The notes under the pieces were generated by a model. It ran no database searches and was not told the origin of the DNA. It saw only the letters and a list, made by a program, of their open reading frames with translations. Shown piece by piece: positions 26,199 through 36,087 of a stretch of 36,719 nucleotides of DNA; the stretch's first letter is position 1; each line of letters opens with the position of its first letter. Both the position numbers and the translations under genes were made by a program. Source of the DNA: a candidate division WOR-3 bacterium (GTDB lineage Bacteria; Hydrothermota; Tepidihabitantia; Tepidihabitantales; CAIPLT01); assembly GCA_965649215.1 (NCBI GenBank), contig CBFGJZ010000002.1, positions 66,407 to 103,125 of the forward strand. The letters run 5' to 3'.

Positions 26199-27956
26199 AT
26201 GAAGTATACAGTCGTTATATTATTATGTACTGTTTGTTTAATCCAAGGATTCAATAGAGATTTAATTGAACAAAAACGCATATTAATCGATGAAAACTGC
26301 CAACTTGAAGCGGCTACTATAAACAATCCGAAGGTTAAAACAAATGATCAAACTTCAATCAATGATTTTGTATTAGGACGAATTGAAGTAGTGGGAGGTA
26401 CTTGTTATGATTGGGTAAATGGACCTTGTGCAACTTGGTGTATAAATGATCCCACGAATGGAATTCATGTAACTTGGCTTTGGTCAAATACTTCAGGGCT
26501 TACGGACCGCAATATGCGGTATAATTTCTATGACTGGTCGACTCATTCTTGGAACTGGATTGACAATAACAATTATATGAATTCAGGAATTAATGTCTTT
26601 TCTCACACAATGACCAGCGTTGCTGGAGGTGCTGATTTAGACCGGACAACTGGTAATTTTGTAATTGCCGGTAATTATGGAACCAGTGGTTCAATTTTAC
26701 CAAAACTGGCGCGTGATTTAGTACCGGGAGGTGGTTTATTTGAATATACTGAAGGTCCATTAGGTTGGCGTTGGCCTTTTCTTGCGTTAAGTCAAAATCA
26801 AGCAATTCATGTTGCTTGTGTTGATGTCACTACAACTGATTCATTATATTATACTCGATGTCAACCATGGGGAACTTGGACAACTCCAATTAATATCTGT
26901 CCGCCTCAACCAGCACCACTATTCCCAAATCAGAACATTGCTGCTTCCAAAGTTTCTAACAAGGTTTGTATAGTTTGGGAATATTCTGAAGATATTGGTC
27001 AAGAACGAGCGTTTTATCGAATTTCTAATGATGGCGGCGTTAATTGGCAACCGCCACAACAATTACCATTTCCCCCATCAGTAGGTATTGCGCCATCATT
27101 TGGAGTGTCATCACTATTTGCTATGTATGATGCTTCTGATAATTTGCATATTGTTGCATCAGTGTCAGATACAGGTGTGACGGTACCTGCAGAAATTTGG
27201 CATTGGTGTCCGGCTAATAATCCGCAGTGGAGTTTAATACATCGTTTTGATCCTGACACATTAACCGCACCGGTTGGTTATAACGCTATTTTTGCCACCC
27301 GTCCTTCTATTATTCAAGAGCCAACTACTGGCTATTTTTATGTTGCTTGGGAACAGTTTGATTCTCTTAATTATGAACCAGCTACAAATCGTGCTCGTGC
27401 CGATATTCACATTGCTCAATCCAATAATAACGGTCAGACTTGGAATGCTAAAGCACGTATTACAGATCCGAATACAACATCTAAACGTTTTTCCGTAGTT
27501 GGCGGTGTTCAGGTGACACCGAGCCCGACCGATAAAGATACTTTATTAGTATTCTATATGATTGATTCGATCGCAGGAGCATTCTTACAGAACGAACATC
27601 GTTTCTGTGTTAATCCGATGGTCGTGCATCGAGTGCCAGTACCATTAAGTCCAGCTATTGAAGAAAATAATAATGTTGTCAAGCCCAATCTTGAATTACA
27701 AATTATGCCAAATCCGATTACAAATAATGCAGTGATTAAATACAGTTTACCAAAGTCAGGTAAAGTTAACCTGTTAATTTCTGATATTACGGGCAGAACC
27801 ATCAAAATACTTCGTCAAACTTTTGAACAGGCAGGAAGTTATACAATTCAGTTTTCTTTAAAATCGAATAGTAATCGCAAATTATCAACCGGAGTTTACT
27901 TCATAACTTTAACAACTGGCGACGGCTCGATTACGAAAAAGATATTAATAAAATAA
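26199..27956 (+). CDS. secreted Asp-box protein with T9SS CTD; paralog 3
   Basis: SD AAGGAGGT, signal peptide, SNDGGVNW, SNNNGQTW, WEQFDSLNYEP, CTD MPNPI..DITGRTI..GVYFITL. Confidence 0.85.
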   Translation: MKYTVVILLCTVCLIQGFNRDLIEQKRILIDENCQLEAATINNPKVKTNDQTSINDFVLGRIEVVGGTCYDWVNGPCATWCINDPTNGIHVTWLWSNTSGLTDRNMRYNFYDWSTHSWNWIDNNNYMNSGINVFSHTMTSVAGGADLDRTTGNFVIAGNYGTSGSILPKLARDLVPGGGLFEYTEGPLGWRWPFLALSQNQAIHVACVDVTTTDSLYYTRCQPWGTWTTPINICPPQPAPLFPNQNIAASKVSNKVCIVWEYSEDIGQERAFYRISNDGGVNWQPPQQLPFPPSVGIAPSFGVSSLFAMYDASDNLHIVASVSDTGVTVPAEIWHWCPANNPQWSLIHRFDPDTLTAPVGYNAIFATRPSIIQEPTTGYFYVAWEQFDSLNYEPATNRARADIHIAQSNNNGQTWNAKARITDPNTTSKRFSVVGGVQVTPSPTDKDTLLVFYMIDSIAGAFLQNEHRFCVNPMVVHRVPVPLSPAIEENNNVVKPNLELQIMPNPITNNAVIKYSLPKSGKVNLLISDITGRTIKILRQTFEQAGSYTIQFSLKSNSNRKLSTGVYFITLTTGDGSITKKILIK

Positions 27957-27979
27957 TATAAAAATATAAGGAAGAGAAT

Positions 27980-29032
27980 ATGAGTAAAAAAACTATATTT
28001 ATCTGTACGCTGGGCATAATTATTGCAATGCTGTTATCTTCATGTGGAACAGAAGCGCCGGCATTATGGCCTTGGTGGACAAAAGAAGATACCTTAGCAG
28101 TTAATAACGAACTTGCAAACTGGCGCGACACTATCAATGGGTATCTACCGATAAAGAATCAGAGCTATGTTTATGATATTAATATACCTCTGCTTAGCAC
28201 AGACACTAACCCTCGTAGTAATTATGTTGATTCAATAATTAAAGTTGCCCATTTGCTTGGTTTTAATTATACAGTTGTTGAAAGAGATCCGATTTTAGAA
28301 TATACCTTTGGTCGTAAAAACGATACGATTATTATGAAAGATACTTTTTGTTATGTTAAATATCGGGATTCATCTAATGCGATCGTTGCAATTCAAGTTG
28401 ATAGTATTTGGACAATTCGTTTTTATCCGGATACGACTATTGATACTACAACAACTCCTGCCGAAACTATTATCACCTATCGTATGTTAAATTACACGAA
28501 AACTTATTATAACCGATTAGAAGAAGAGAAACATTTTGATTACCAAACAACTCGCTATTTAGAACTTAAAAAAGACAGTGCGGTTTGTAATTACCGATTT
28601 AAACATCTTACTGGATTTGGTAGTTATTTGCCCAATAATACAATTGCCCCAACTATCAGTTATATTGTTTTAACTCGTATCACTGGCCAACGCGATACCT
28701 TCCGTTATAGCCCACGAGCAGACAATAAAGGTATCTTGAATCTACGAGACAAAGACTCACTCTATTTAGTTGATCTTAATCAACCGTTAGAAGTCCAAGT
28801 AACATTAACAACCAGTGCTTCGCCCAATTATGTGTTTATCAGCTATGGTAATCCCACCGTTAGTAATAAAATCTTTGTTCCAGTGGTTAATAATGTTGCA
28901 TCGACAACAATTACTCTACCGCAGGAGGGTCTTAATCATTTATATATTGAAGTAATACCGACCGATGCTTTATTCTATCAGCACATCGCATGGAAGACAA
29001 CTATTTGGGCTTTGCCGGTGCGAGTAAGATAA
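27980..29032 (+). CDS. hypothetical beta-rich lipoprotein
   Basis: Lipobox LLSS-C after a hydrophobic stretch; no recognisable family. Confidence 0.75.
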   Translation: MSKKTIFICTLGIIIAMLLSSCGTEAPALWPWWTKEDTLAVNNELANWRDTINGYLPIKNQSYVYDINIPLLSTDTNPRSNYVDSIIKVAHLLGFNYTVVERDPILEYTFGRKNDTIIMKDTFCYVKYRDSSNAIVAIQVDSIWTIRFYPDTTIDTTTTPAETIITYRMLNYTKTYYNRLEEEKHFDYQTTRYLELKKDSAVCNYRFKHLTGFGSYLPNNTIAPTISYIVLTRITGQRDTFRYSPRADNKGILNLRDKDSLYLVDLNQPLEVQVTLTTSASPNYVFISYGNPTVSNKIFVPVVNNVASTTITLPQEGLNHLYIEVIPTDALFYQHIAWKTTIWALPVRVR

Positions 29033-29044
29033 AAGGAGGGAAAT

Positions 29045-31870
29045 ATGAAAAATAGGAATATTTCAATCATGGTGAAAAATTTAGTTATTATATCCTTGAT
29101 ACTTATTCCCTATTTATTATTTGCTGGTGAAACTGGTCGAATTATTGGGCGGGTCATTGACTCAGAAACCAAAGAGCCCTTAGCAGGAGTTAATATCATT
29201 GTGGAGGGTACTCCACTTGGTGCCGCGACTGATAATAACGGGAATTATTTAATTGCTAATGTGCCAGCTGGAAAACAGGTTTTAGTTGCTTCTTATGTCG
29301 GTTATGAACCAGTGCGAATGCTTGATGTGTTGGTTATTTCTGATCAAACTGTTACTATAAATTTTAATCTTCGTTCCACGGTAATACCAGTAGGTGCTGT
29401 TGAAGTTTCAGCAGAAAGACCTTTAATTGTCAGAACGCAAGCGTCAACTCAACGCGTTATAACAACTGACCAATTTGATAAATTACCAGTTGCTTCGTTA
29501 GGAGCAATTGTTAACTTATCTGCAGGTGTTGTGACGAGTCCAGCTTTTGGTACCCATATTCGTGGTGGCAGACCCGATGAAGTCGTATATTTTATAGACG
29601 GAATTGCTACTTCTGATCCAATGTATGGTTATTCAGCAGCACGAGTCAATCCTCAAGCCACTGCAGAAGTTTTGATTATATCAGGTGGATTTGATGCAGA
29701 GTATGGTGAAGCGATGTCAGGAATAATTCAAGTTATTACAAAAGAAGGAAGAGACTATACTTCAGCACGAATAAAATACACAAGTGATGCTTTCTTACCA
29801 AAAACAGTTAACTTTGGTTATAACCGAATTGAAGCATCATTAGGTGGACCAACACCACTTGATAAACTAAAATACTTTTTGTCAGGTGAAGTTTTTATTG
29901 CTGAGGATTATGCACCTCGTAAACACAAATTACCTCATCAAAATCGTTCTGATTATAAAATGACTGGTAAAATAACATACACACCTCCCTTTGCGTCAGG
30001 ATTAAAAATAACTGGAGACGGATTTATGGCAAGAGAACAATGGGAACAATATCCATCCGAGCGAGAAGGTTCAGGTGCATTAAATCATATTGGTTTTAAG
30101 TATCATCTTGATCATTTCTTGTCGCGTCAAGAGCGAGTAAGAAAAGCAGGCCTTTCAGCAAATCATATGTTGACTAAAAACACATTCTATACGGTTCGTT
30201 ATGGTTATTTCTGGGATGAACGAGTAATTGCAGTCCGTGATTTAGAAAAAGAAAAAGAACTCGGTTATACTTTTGGATGGCGATTTTGGCAGGACTATCA
30301 GTTCAAAGCATTGGACTCAGTAAGAGCAAGACCAGATATAATCCGTGGTGTTTTACCAGGATACGAGCAGCAACGAAACAATGTTGTCAACAATCCATTT
30401 GGTGTAAACAATCTATTTTATGGAGTTGGTGATTATCGTTATTTTATGTTACATGGTTCAACTGTACGTACTATCAAGGGAGATTTAACTCATAATATCG
30501 GTAAGATTCATGAAATCAAAGGCGGCATTGAAATGCGTAATAATTATCTGTTTCGAAGGTATAATTCATTACCATGGGATCCTAATCCCTTTTTTGATAC
30601 TTATGACTTTTATCCTGTCAATCTCGCAACTTATATTCAAGATCGAATGGATTTCGAAGATTTAGTTATTCGTGCAGGGTTACGATTTGATTATTTAGAT
30701 CCAAAAGCATATAAGCGGGCCAATCCAACCAACATAGAAGATACATCGAAAGTTGCGGCAATGCAGAAATATAAAATTTCACCAAGACTCGGTGTTTCAT
30801 TCCCGATTGGTGAAAAAGCCAAATTCCGATTTTCATACGGTCATTTCTTCCAAACCCCACCTTTTAGATATCTGTATGATAATATCAGTGATGCGGCTTA
30901 TCGTCGTGGCAATCAGATTATTGCCAATCCTGATTTAAGAGCGCAACAGACGGTTGCCTACGAAATCGGGTCCGAAGTTTTACTTACTCCGATTTTGGCT
31001 GCTGATTTTACTGCCTATTACAAAGATATTTATGATTTAATTGGTATTCGATTTATTCCTGCGGTTCCAACTGGTTATTATCCAATTCAGAATGAAGATT
31101 ATGGAAATGTCCGTGGTTTTGAGATTAGTGTGATTAAACAATTAGCTGATTATTGGTCCGCTCGATTAAGCTACGGACTTTCTTTTGCTAAAGGCACTTC
31201 TTCTTATGGTTACGAATATTACTATGAGCGTTATGCTTACGGTGTTGATCCGGTGTCCGGTCAAGAAATGCAGCCACCAAAAGCAGATTATGCTTTGGAT
31301 TTTGATGAAAGACATTCAGCTAAACTTGATCTTGGTGTTGATTTCCCTTCCGATTTTGTTTTTATCCCGGCTCGCAATTTAAAAGCAACTCTATTATTTA
31401 GTTTTGGTTCTGGCTTACCATACACGCCTCGTGAACCAGAATTACGGCAAGGTTTAAATAGCGGTCGACGAACTGGTGAGAAGAATTCTTTACGTATGCC
31501 TGCACGTTTCATTACTGACGCTAAAATATCCAAAGGTTTTAGTATTAGTGAAAAAATAAAATTTAACTTAGTTTGCGATATCACAAATTTATTTAATGCG
31601 AAAATTGTGGAATGGGTTTACGGATATACGGGTAGTCCTTCGGATGATGGCAATGCAATTACTTATGCAACACGCGCAATAAATCCTGCTGATGATATTA
31701 ATTTAACATATGCGAGTTATCATCCAGCTCGTGACCGTAATTCAAATGGTGTTGTTGATGATTATGAAGAATATGTAGCTTATTTAATGGCATGGCGTGA
31801 TTTTGTTGATAATCCGATGAATTATGGCGCTCCGCGGCAAATTAGATTTGGCATTGATTTTGAATTTTAA
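29045..31870 (+). CDS. TonB-dependent receptor with N-terminal carboxypeptidase-regulatory-like domain
   Basis: GRIIGRVIDSETKEPLAGVN, plug HIRGGR..FIDG, SGGFDAEYG, AGLRFD, SPRLGVSFP, NPDL, C-terminal PRQIRFGIDFEF. Confidence 0.95.
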   Translation: MKNRNISIMVKNLVIISLILIPYLLFAGETGRIIGRVIDSETKEPLAGVNIIVEGTPLGAATDNNGNYLIANVPAGKQVLVASYVGYEPVRMLDVLVISDQTVTINFNLRSTVIPVGAVEVSAERPLIVRTQASTQRVITTDQFDKLPVASLGAIVNLSAGVVTSPAFGTHIRGGRPDEVVYFIDGIATSDPMYGYSAARVNPQATAEVLIISGGFDAEYGEAMSGIIQVITKEGRDYTSARIKYTSDAFLPKTVNFGYNRIEASLGGPTPLDKLKYFLSGEVFIAEDYAPRKHKLPHQNRSDYKMTGKITYTPPFASGLKITGDGFMAREQWEQYPSEREGSGALNHIGFKYHLDHFLSRQERVRKAGLSANHMLTKNTFYTVRYGYFWDERVIAVRDLEKEKELGYTFGWRFWQDYQFKALDSVRARPDIIRGVLPGYEQQRNNVVNNPFGVNNLFYGVGDYRYFMLHGSTVRTIKGDLTHNIGKIHEIKGGIEMRNNYLFRRYNSLPWDPNPFFDTYDFYPVNLATYIQDRMDFEDLVIRAGLRFDYLDPKAYKRANPTNIEDTSKVAAMQKYKISPRLGVSFPIGEKAKFRFSYGHFFQTPPFRYLYDNISDAAYRRGNQIIANPDLRAQQTVAYEIGSEVLLTPILAADFTAYYKDIYDLIGIRFIPAVPTGYYPIQNEDYGNVRGFEISVIKQLADYWSARLSYGLSFAKGTSSYGYEYYYERYAYGVDPVSGQEMQPPKADYALDFDERHSAKLDLGVDFPSDFVFIPARNLKATLLFSFGSGLPYTPREPELRQGLNSGRRTGEKNSLRMPARFITDAKISKGFSISEKIKFNLVCDITNLFNAKIVEWVYGYTGSPSDDGNAITYATRAINPADDINLTYASYHPARDRNSNGVVDDYEEYVAYLMAWRDFVDNPMNYGAPRQIRFGIDFEF

Positions 31871-31882
31871 AAGGAGAGAATT

Positions 31883-34800
31883 ATGAGAAAAATTATTAAT
31901 TTAAAACTTTTTCTAATTGTAACTATATCTTTGGTGATTAGCTCTGTGAGTTTTGCAAGGACTGCAGAAAATCCCTGGCGACCAGGTCGGCTATTAGATT
32001 TTAAATGGTATGGTAAGAATCAATGGCGAATGTCAATTACAAATTACGGTACTTTTGGTTATGGTATTGGACGCGCCGGTGGTGAGTGGCCTCGAGGTTC
32101 TGGAAATTATTATATTTATGGTGCTGGTATTTGGGTTGGGTGTATGCCATCACGAACTGAAACATTAGTTACTTGTGGTTATAATCCATCGTCAGGTGCT
32201 TCTGAGTTTACACCAGGTGCCTGGGAAAATGCACCGGGTGGTTATTCTGCTCGGTCTTTTGAACGAGTTTATATATATCCTGAAGATTGGCCACCAAATC
32301 CTTTGGATTTTCCAGAAAGTATGCGAGATTCTTTTGAAACGCCACTACGGATTCCAGTATCAGGTGCCGATACACTCGTTGGTTATTTATATCCAATCCC
32401 GCGAAAGACAACATCTTCATATGATGCCTGGACTGTGTTAAATGATCGTGATCCCGATCGACACACAACACCCAAAATACCTATTGGTGTTGAAATTTAT
32501 CAGACAGTCTTTGCATGGAACTTACCATGGAATCGAGACATTGTTTTCTTTATTTATAATGTTAAAAATATGACAAGTGATACGCTAAAAAGGTTATATT
32601 TAGGAATGGCATGCGATGCGGATATTGGTGGTGCTAATGATGATATGTGTGGATTACTCTTACGTAAATATGTCAAAAATCGTCAAGGCACCGATTCGGT
32701 TTTTGCAGATAATGTTGGTTATGTATGGGATAATGATTTTGATGAAGGTTGGGCAACTCCTCCTGGATATGTTGGTTTTGATTTTCTCCAAAGTCCCTAT
32801 GCTTATAACGATGGTATTGACAATAATGGCAATGGTATAATTGATGAAGGACCTGATGGTCTGGACAATAATGGTAATGGTTTGATTGACGAACCAGCTG
32901 AATTGGAACAACTTGGAATGGTAAGCTTTAAAATGTTTACTTTACAAGCAGGCGACCCGGTAACGAATTATACACAATATTTAGCAATGTCAGGATATAA
33001 TTATTGGGAAACACCACCAGTTTATTCACCTTTTGATTCAATTGATCCCGCACCAAATGATAAGCGATTTTTACAGTCGACAGGTCCTTTCAATTTAGCT
33101 CCTGGTGAACTAGCAACAATTACAATTGCAGTCATGGCAGCACCGTCTAATCCCGTTGGCGGGGTCGGTGATTTATATCAACTTGGGCTTACTTCAGCTG
33201 CCGCACAAGCCGCATATGATAATTTCTGGATTATGCCCGAAGCTCCCCCAAGTCCTAATTTGACTTTGATTCCCGGCGAAGGCCGAATTACATTAATTTG
33301 GGATAATGCCTCAGAACAAGCACGAGATGGTTTCTATACTTTAGCTGCAACTCTCCGCAATCCATTTTATCGAGAATTTGATTTTCAGGGTTATAAAGTA
33401 TATAAATCTTTAACCGGTAAAGTCGGTGAATGGACATTGCTCGATCAGTTTGACAAAATTGATGGTATAGTTTATGAAGATACTACAGTTGCGGAATCGC
33501 TTCGTACCAAAGCGACTGATAAGGGTTTGAGTTATGCTTATATCGATTCTTCTGATATTAGACTCGGTTTTCCTTATTATTATGCAGTTACTGCGTTTGA
33601 TGTTAATGTATTAGGTGGTGATCCGAATCCTGCCGATACAACACGTTTATCTTTAGAATCAGGACTCGCACCAAAAGTGGCTACAGCTCGAACTGCACCA
33701 TCTAATTATACTCATCCTTGGTTTAATATTAACAAGCTGATTGGTGGAGAAAAATTGTATCTTAATCTTAATCCGTTGGCATTAGCAAATTATGCTATTA
33801 AGAGCGATATCTACACTTTGAAGTTTTTGCCGCCGAAACCAAGCGGTCCCGCAGCAAGCCGTATCCCCCTATATGAATTTTTAATTACAAATGCCAATAA
33901 CGATACAGTCGTGCCGATTCAGAGTTTTTCAATTAACATTCGTAATTCGTCAAGCCCACTTACTTTACATCCTACCGTTTTTGATGATATCATAACGAAT
34001 ATCAAGGAAGTAACGTATGATACAGTTATTAATGGTCAAATTGTTACTTTAACTCGTATTGATACGACTTGGGCATATATGCCAATAATTGATATTGGTA
34101 TGACATTACGAATGGACTCAATACCACTCCAACCATTTGACCGAGTTATTGTGAAGAGTGGCTCCTATCCGCAGGATTCATTACAGATTTCAGTGGTTTC
34201 TAATAATGCTGCTTTATGGGCATATCGGGGTTCAAATTATCAAATTGTCTGGAAATTAAAACGGCCAAATGATCCTCAGAGTCCATTGACGGCTGAAGTT
34301 TATGATTTGACTATCGGAGAATATGTACCATATCGTAGGATGCGTAGTTTAACTTTAGATCAAGACTCAGCTAATGGGTGGAGTTTCTTTTTGGGAGCGG
34401 ATACTTTACGATTGAACTCAACAATTAATATGACCATTTGTGGTGGCCAGTTTAATTTCAATCAGAATCGGCCAATCCGAATACTACCCGCTCCTGAAGA
34501 TACGTGGATTGTTTATTCAAAACCACTTTCATGTGCCCCAGCTTACGCTCAGTTCCAGATTGTTGCTCATCCGATGCAGTCGTTACCAGAAAGTATCGCT
34601 TCGAAACTTAAAGTGAAAGTAGTACCGAATCCCTATTTAGTTCGAAATGCTTGGGAAAGACATCCTGATTATCGTAAAATCAAGTTCATTAACTTACCTG
34701 ATAAGTGCACAATAAGAATTTATAATTTTGCTGGTGATTTGCTAAAAACGATTAAACACGATGCGACCAAAGTTGCTGGGAGCGGTAATTTGCCTTTACA

Positions 34801-34927
34801 ATCAGGTGGAGATGAAGATTGGGATTTACTAACTGAATCAGGTCAAAAGCCGGCACCGGGTATCTACTTGTTTCACATTGAATCCGATATAGGTAATCAA
34901 GTTGGAAAATTTGTGATTATCTACTAA
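31883..34927 (+). CDS. large secreted protein with DGxDNNGNGxIDE repeats, an Fn3-like domain and a variant T9SS CTD
   Basis: Signal peptide; ITNYGTFG..GEWPRGSG..IYGAGIWVG; STGPFNLAPG; PPSPNL..ITLIWD..FQGYKVYKS..YYYAVTAFD; CTD VVPNPY..IKFINLP..IRIYN..WDL..GIYLFHIE. Confidence 0.8.
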   Translation: MRKIINLKLFLIVTISLVISSVSFARTAENPWRPGRLLDFKWYGKNQWRMSITNYGTFGYGIGRAGGEWPRGSGNYYIYGAGIWVGCMPSRTETLVTCGYNPSSGASEFTPGAWENAPGGYSARSFERVYIYPEDWPPNPLDFPESMRDSFETPLRIPVSGADTLVGYLYPIPRKTTSSYDAWTVLNDRDPDRHTTPKIPIGVEIYQTVFAWNLPWNRDIVFFIYNVKNMTSDTLKRLYLGMACDADIGGANDDMCGLLLRKYVKNRQGTDSVFADNVGYVWDNDFDEGWATPPGYVGFDFLQSPYAYNDGIDNNGNGIIDEGPDGLDNNGNGLIDEPAELEQLGMVSFKMFTLQAGDPVTNYTQYLAMSGYNYWETPPVYSPFDSIDPAPNDKRFLQSTGPFNLAPGELATITIAVMAAPSNPVGGVGDLYQLGLTSAAAQAAYDNFWIMPEAPPSPNLTLIPGEGRITLIWDNASEQARDGFYTLAATLRNPFYREFDFQGYKVYKSLTGKVGEWTLLDQFDKIDGIVYEDTTVAESLRTKATDKGLSYAYIDSSDIRLGFPYYYAVTAFDVNVLGGDPNPADTTRLSLESGLAPKVATARTAPSNYTHPWFNINKLIGGEKLYLNLNPLALANYAIKSDIYTLKFLPPKPSGPAASRIPLYEFLITNANNDTVVPIQSFSINIRNSSSPLTLHPTVFDDIITNIKEVTYDTVINGQIVTLTRIDTTWAYMPIIDIGMTLRMDSIPLQPFDRVIVKSGSYPQDSLQISVVSNNAALWAYRGSNYQIVWKLKRPNDPQSPLTAEVYDLTIGEYVPYRRMRSLTLDQDSANGWSFFLGADTLRLNSTINMTICGGQFNFNQNRPIRILPAPEDTWIVYSKPLSCAPAYAQFQIVAHPMQSLPESIASKLKVKVVPNPYLVRNAWERHPDYRKIKFINLPDKCTIRIYNFAGDLLKTIKHDATKVAGSGNLPLQSGGDEDWDLLTESGQKPAPGIYLFHIESDIGNQVGKFVIIY

Positions 34928-34939
34928 AAGGAGAGAGAT

Positions 34940-35989
34940 ATGAAAAGAGAATTAAGACGATATAAGTATTTGATAACAGTTTTAATATGTTTATTGATCT
35001 GGTTTAACTCAACAGAAGCAATCTTTACAAAACTTGGTAAAGCAGGTATGCCATTTCTGAAAATTGGTATTGGCAGCAGAGCTAATGGACTGGGAGATGC
35101 ATTTGTGGCAATTGCTGATGATGTTTCGGCAACTTATTGGAATCCAGCAGGACTTGCTATTTTAAAGAACCGCGAAGTGATGTTTAATCATATTGACTGG
35201 ATTTTACAAACACGGCTTGAATATTTAGCCGGCGCATTTCCAACTAATTTAGGAACTTTTGGGATTGCTTTGACTAATGTCTCTTACGGCGATTTTGAAC
35301 AGACAACCATTGATAATTATCAAGGTACAGGAGAATATTTCAGTGCTGCTGATTGGGCTTTAGTTGCTTCATTTGCTCGTATGTTTACTGATAAGTTCTC
35401 ATTTGGTGCTTCAATTAAAACAATGCAACAACGAATATGGGATATGACGGCGAATGCCTTTGCTTTTGATTTTGGCACGTATTATAATACAGGTTTTAAG
35501 AACATCCGATTGGCAATGACAATTTCTAACTTTGGTCCTGATGCTTCATTTAGCGGAAAACAGTTATATTTTAACTATTATCCTGATTATGGTTGGCCTT
35601 GGACAGTTACTCCGATCCAAAGTGAATTGCTCACAGAAAAGTTTATTTTGCCAATAATCTTTCGTTTTGGGGTTGCTTATGATATTTTCCAAATTGAAGA
35701 TAAATCGCGATTAACAATGGCAATCGATTTAGCTCATTATAACGATGTAAATGAAAAAGTTAATATTGGTTTAGAATATGAATATCTTAATTTTGCATTA
35801 CGAGGCGGTTATATATTAAATACTGATAGTGAATATCGAAATGCAGTTGGTGTCAGTGACGGTTTATCTTTTGGTGCAGGTGCCTGGATTAATGCAACAT
35901 CGCAATTAAAACTAAAAGTTGATTATGCTTATCGTAATCTTTCTCGATTGGGTATTTCGCATCGGATTGGAGTAAATATCGGATTTTAG
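34940..35989 (+). CDS. porV: PorV/PorQ-family (FadL-like) outer-membrane barrel
   Basis: PFLKIGIGSRANGLGDAFVAIADDVSATYWNPAGL, FALRGGY, VDYAY, terminal Phe. Confidence 0.85.
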   Translation: MKRELRRYKYLITVLICLLIWFNSTEAIFTKLGKAGMPFLKIGIGSRANGLGDAFVAIADDVSATYWNPAGLAILKNREVMFNHIDWILQTRLEYLAGAFPTNLGTFGIALTNVSYGDFEQTTIDNYQGTGEYFSAADWALVASFARMFTDKFSFGASIKTMQQRIWDMTANAFAFDFGTYYNTGFKNIRLAMTISNFGPDASFSGKQLYFNYYPDYGWPWTVTPIQSELLTEKFILPIIFRFGVAYDIFQIEDKSRLTMAIDLAHYNDVNEKVNIGLEYEYLNFALRGGYILNTDSEYRNAVGVSDGLSFGAGAWINATSQLKLKVDYAYRNLSRLGISHRIGVNIGF

Positions 35990-36004
35990 TTAATAACTAA
36001 TTAC

Positions 36005-36038
36005 AAGGGGTGAGTATTTATTGTGCTCGCCCCTTTTT
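36005..36038 (+). terminator. intrinsic terminator closing the locus
   Basis: AAGGGGTGAGTA-TTTATTG-TGCTCGCCCCTT followed by a T-rich tract. Confidence 0.85.
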
Positions 36039-36087
36039 ATTTTTATAGTTAGATTTTAAAATCGAAACTGTTTAAAAAATATAAAGC

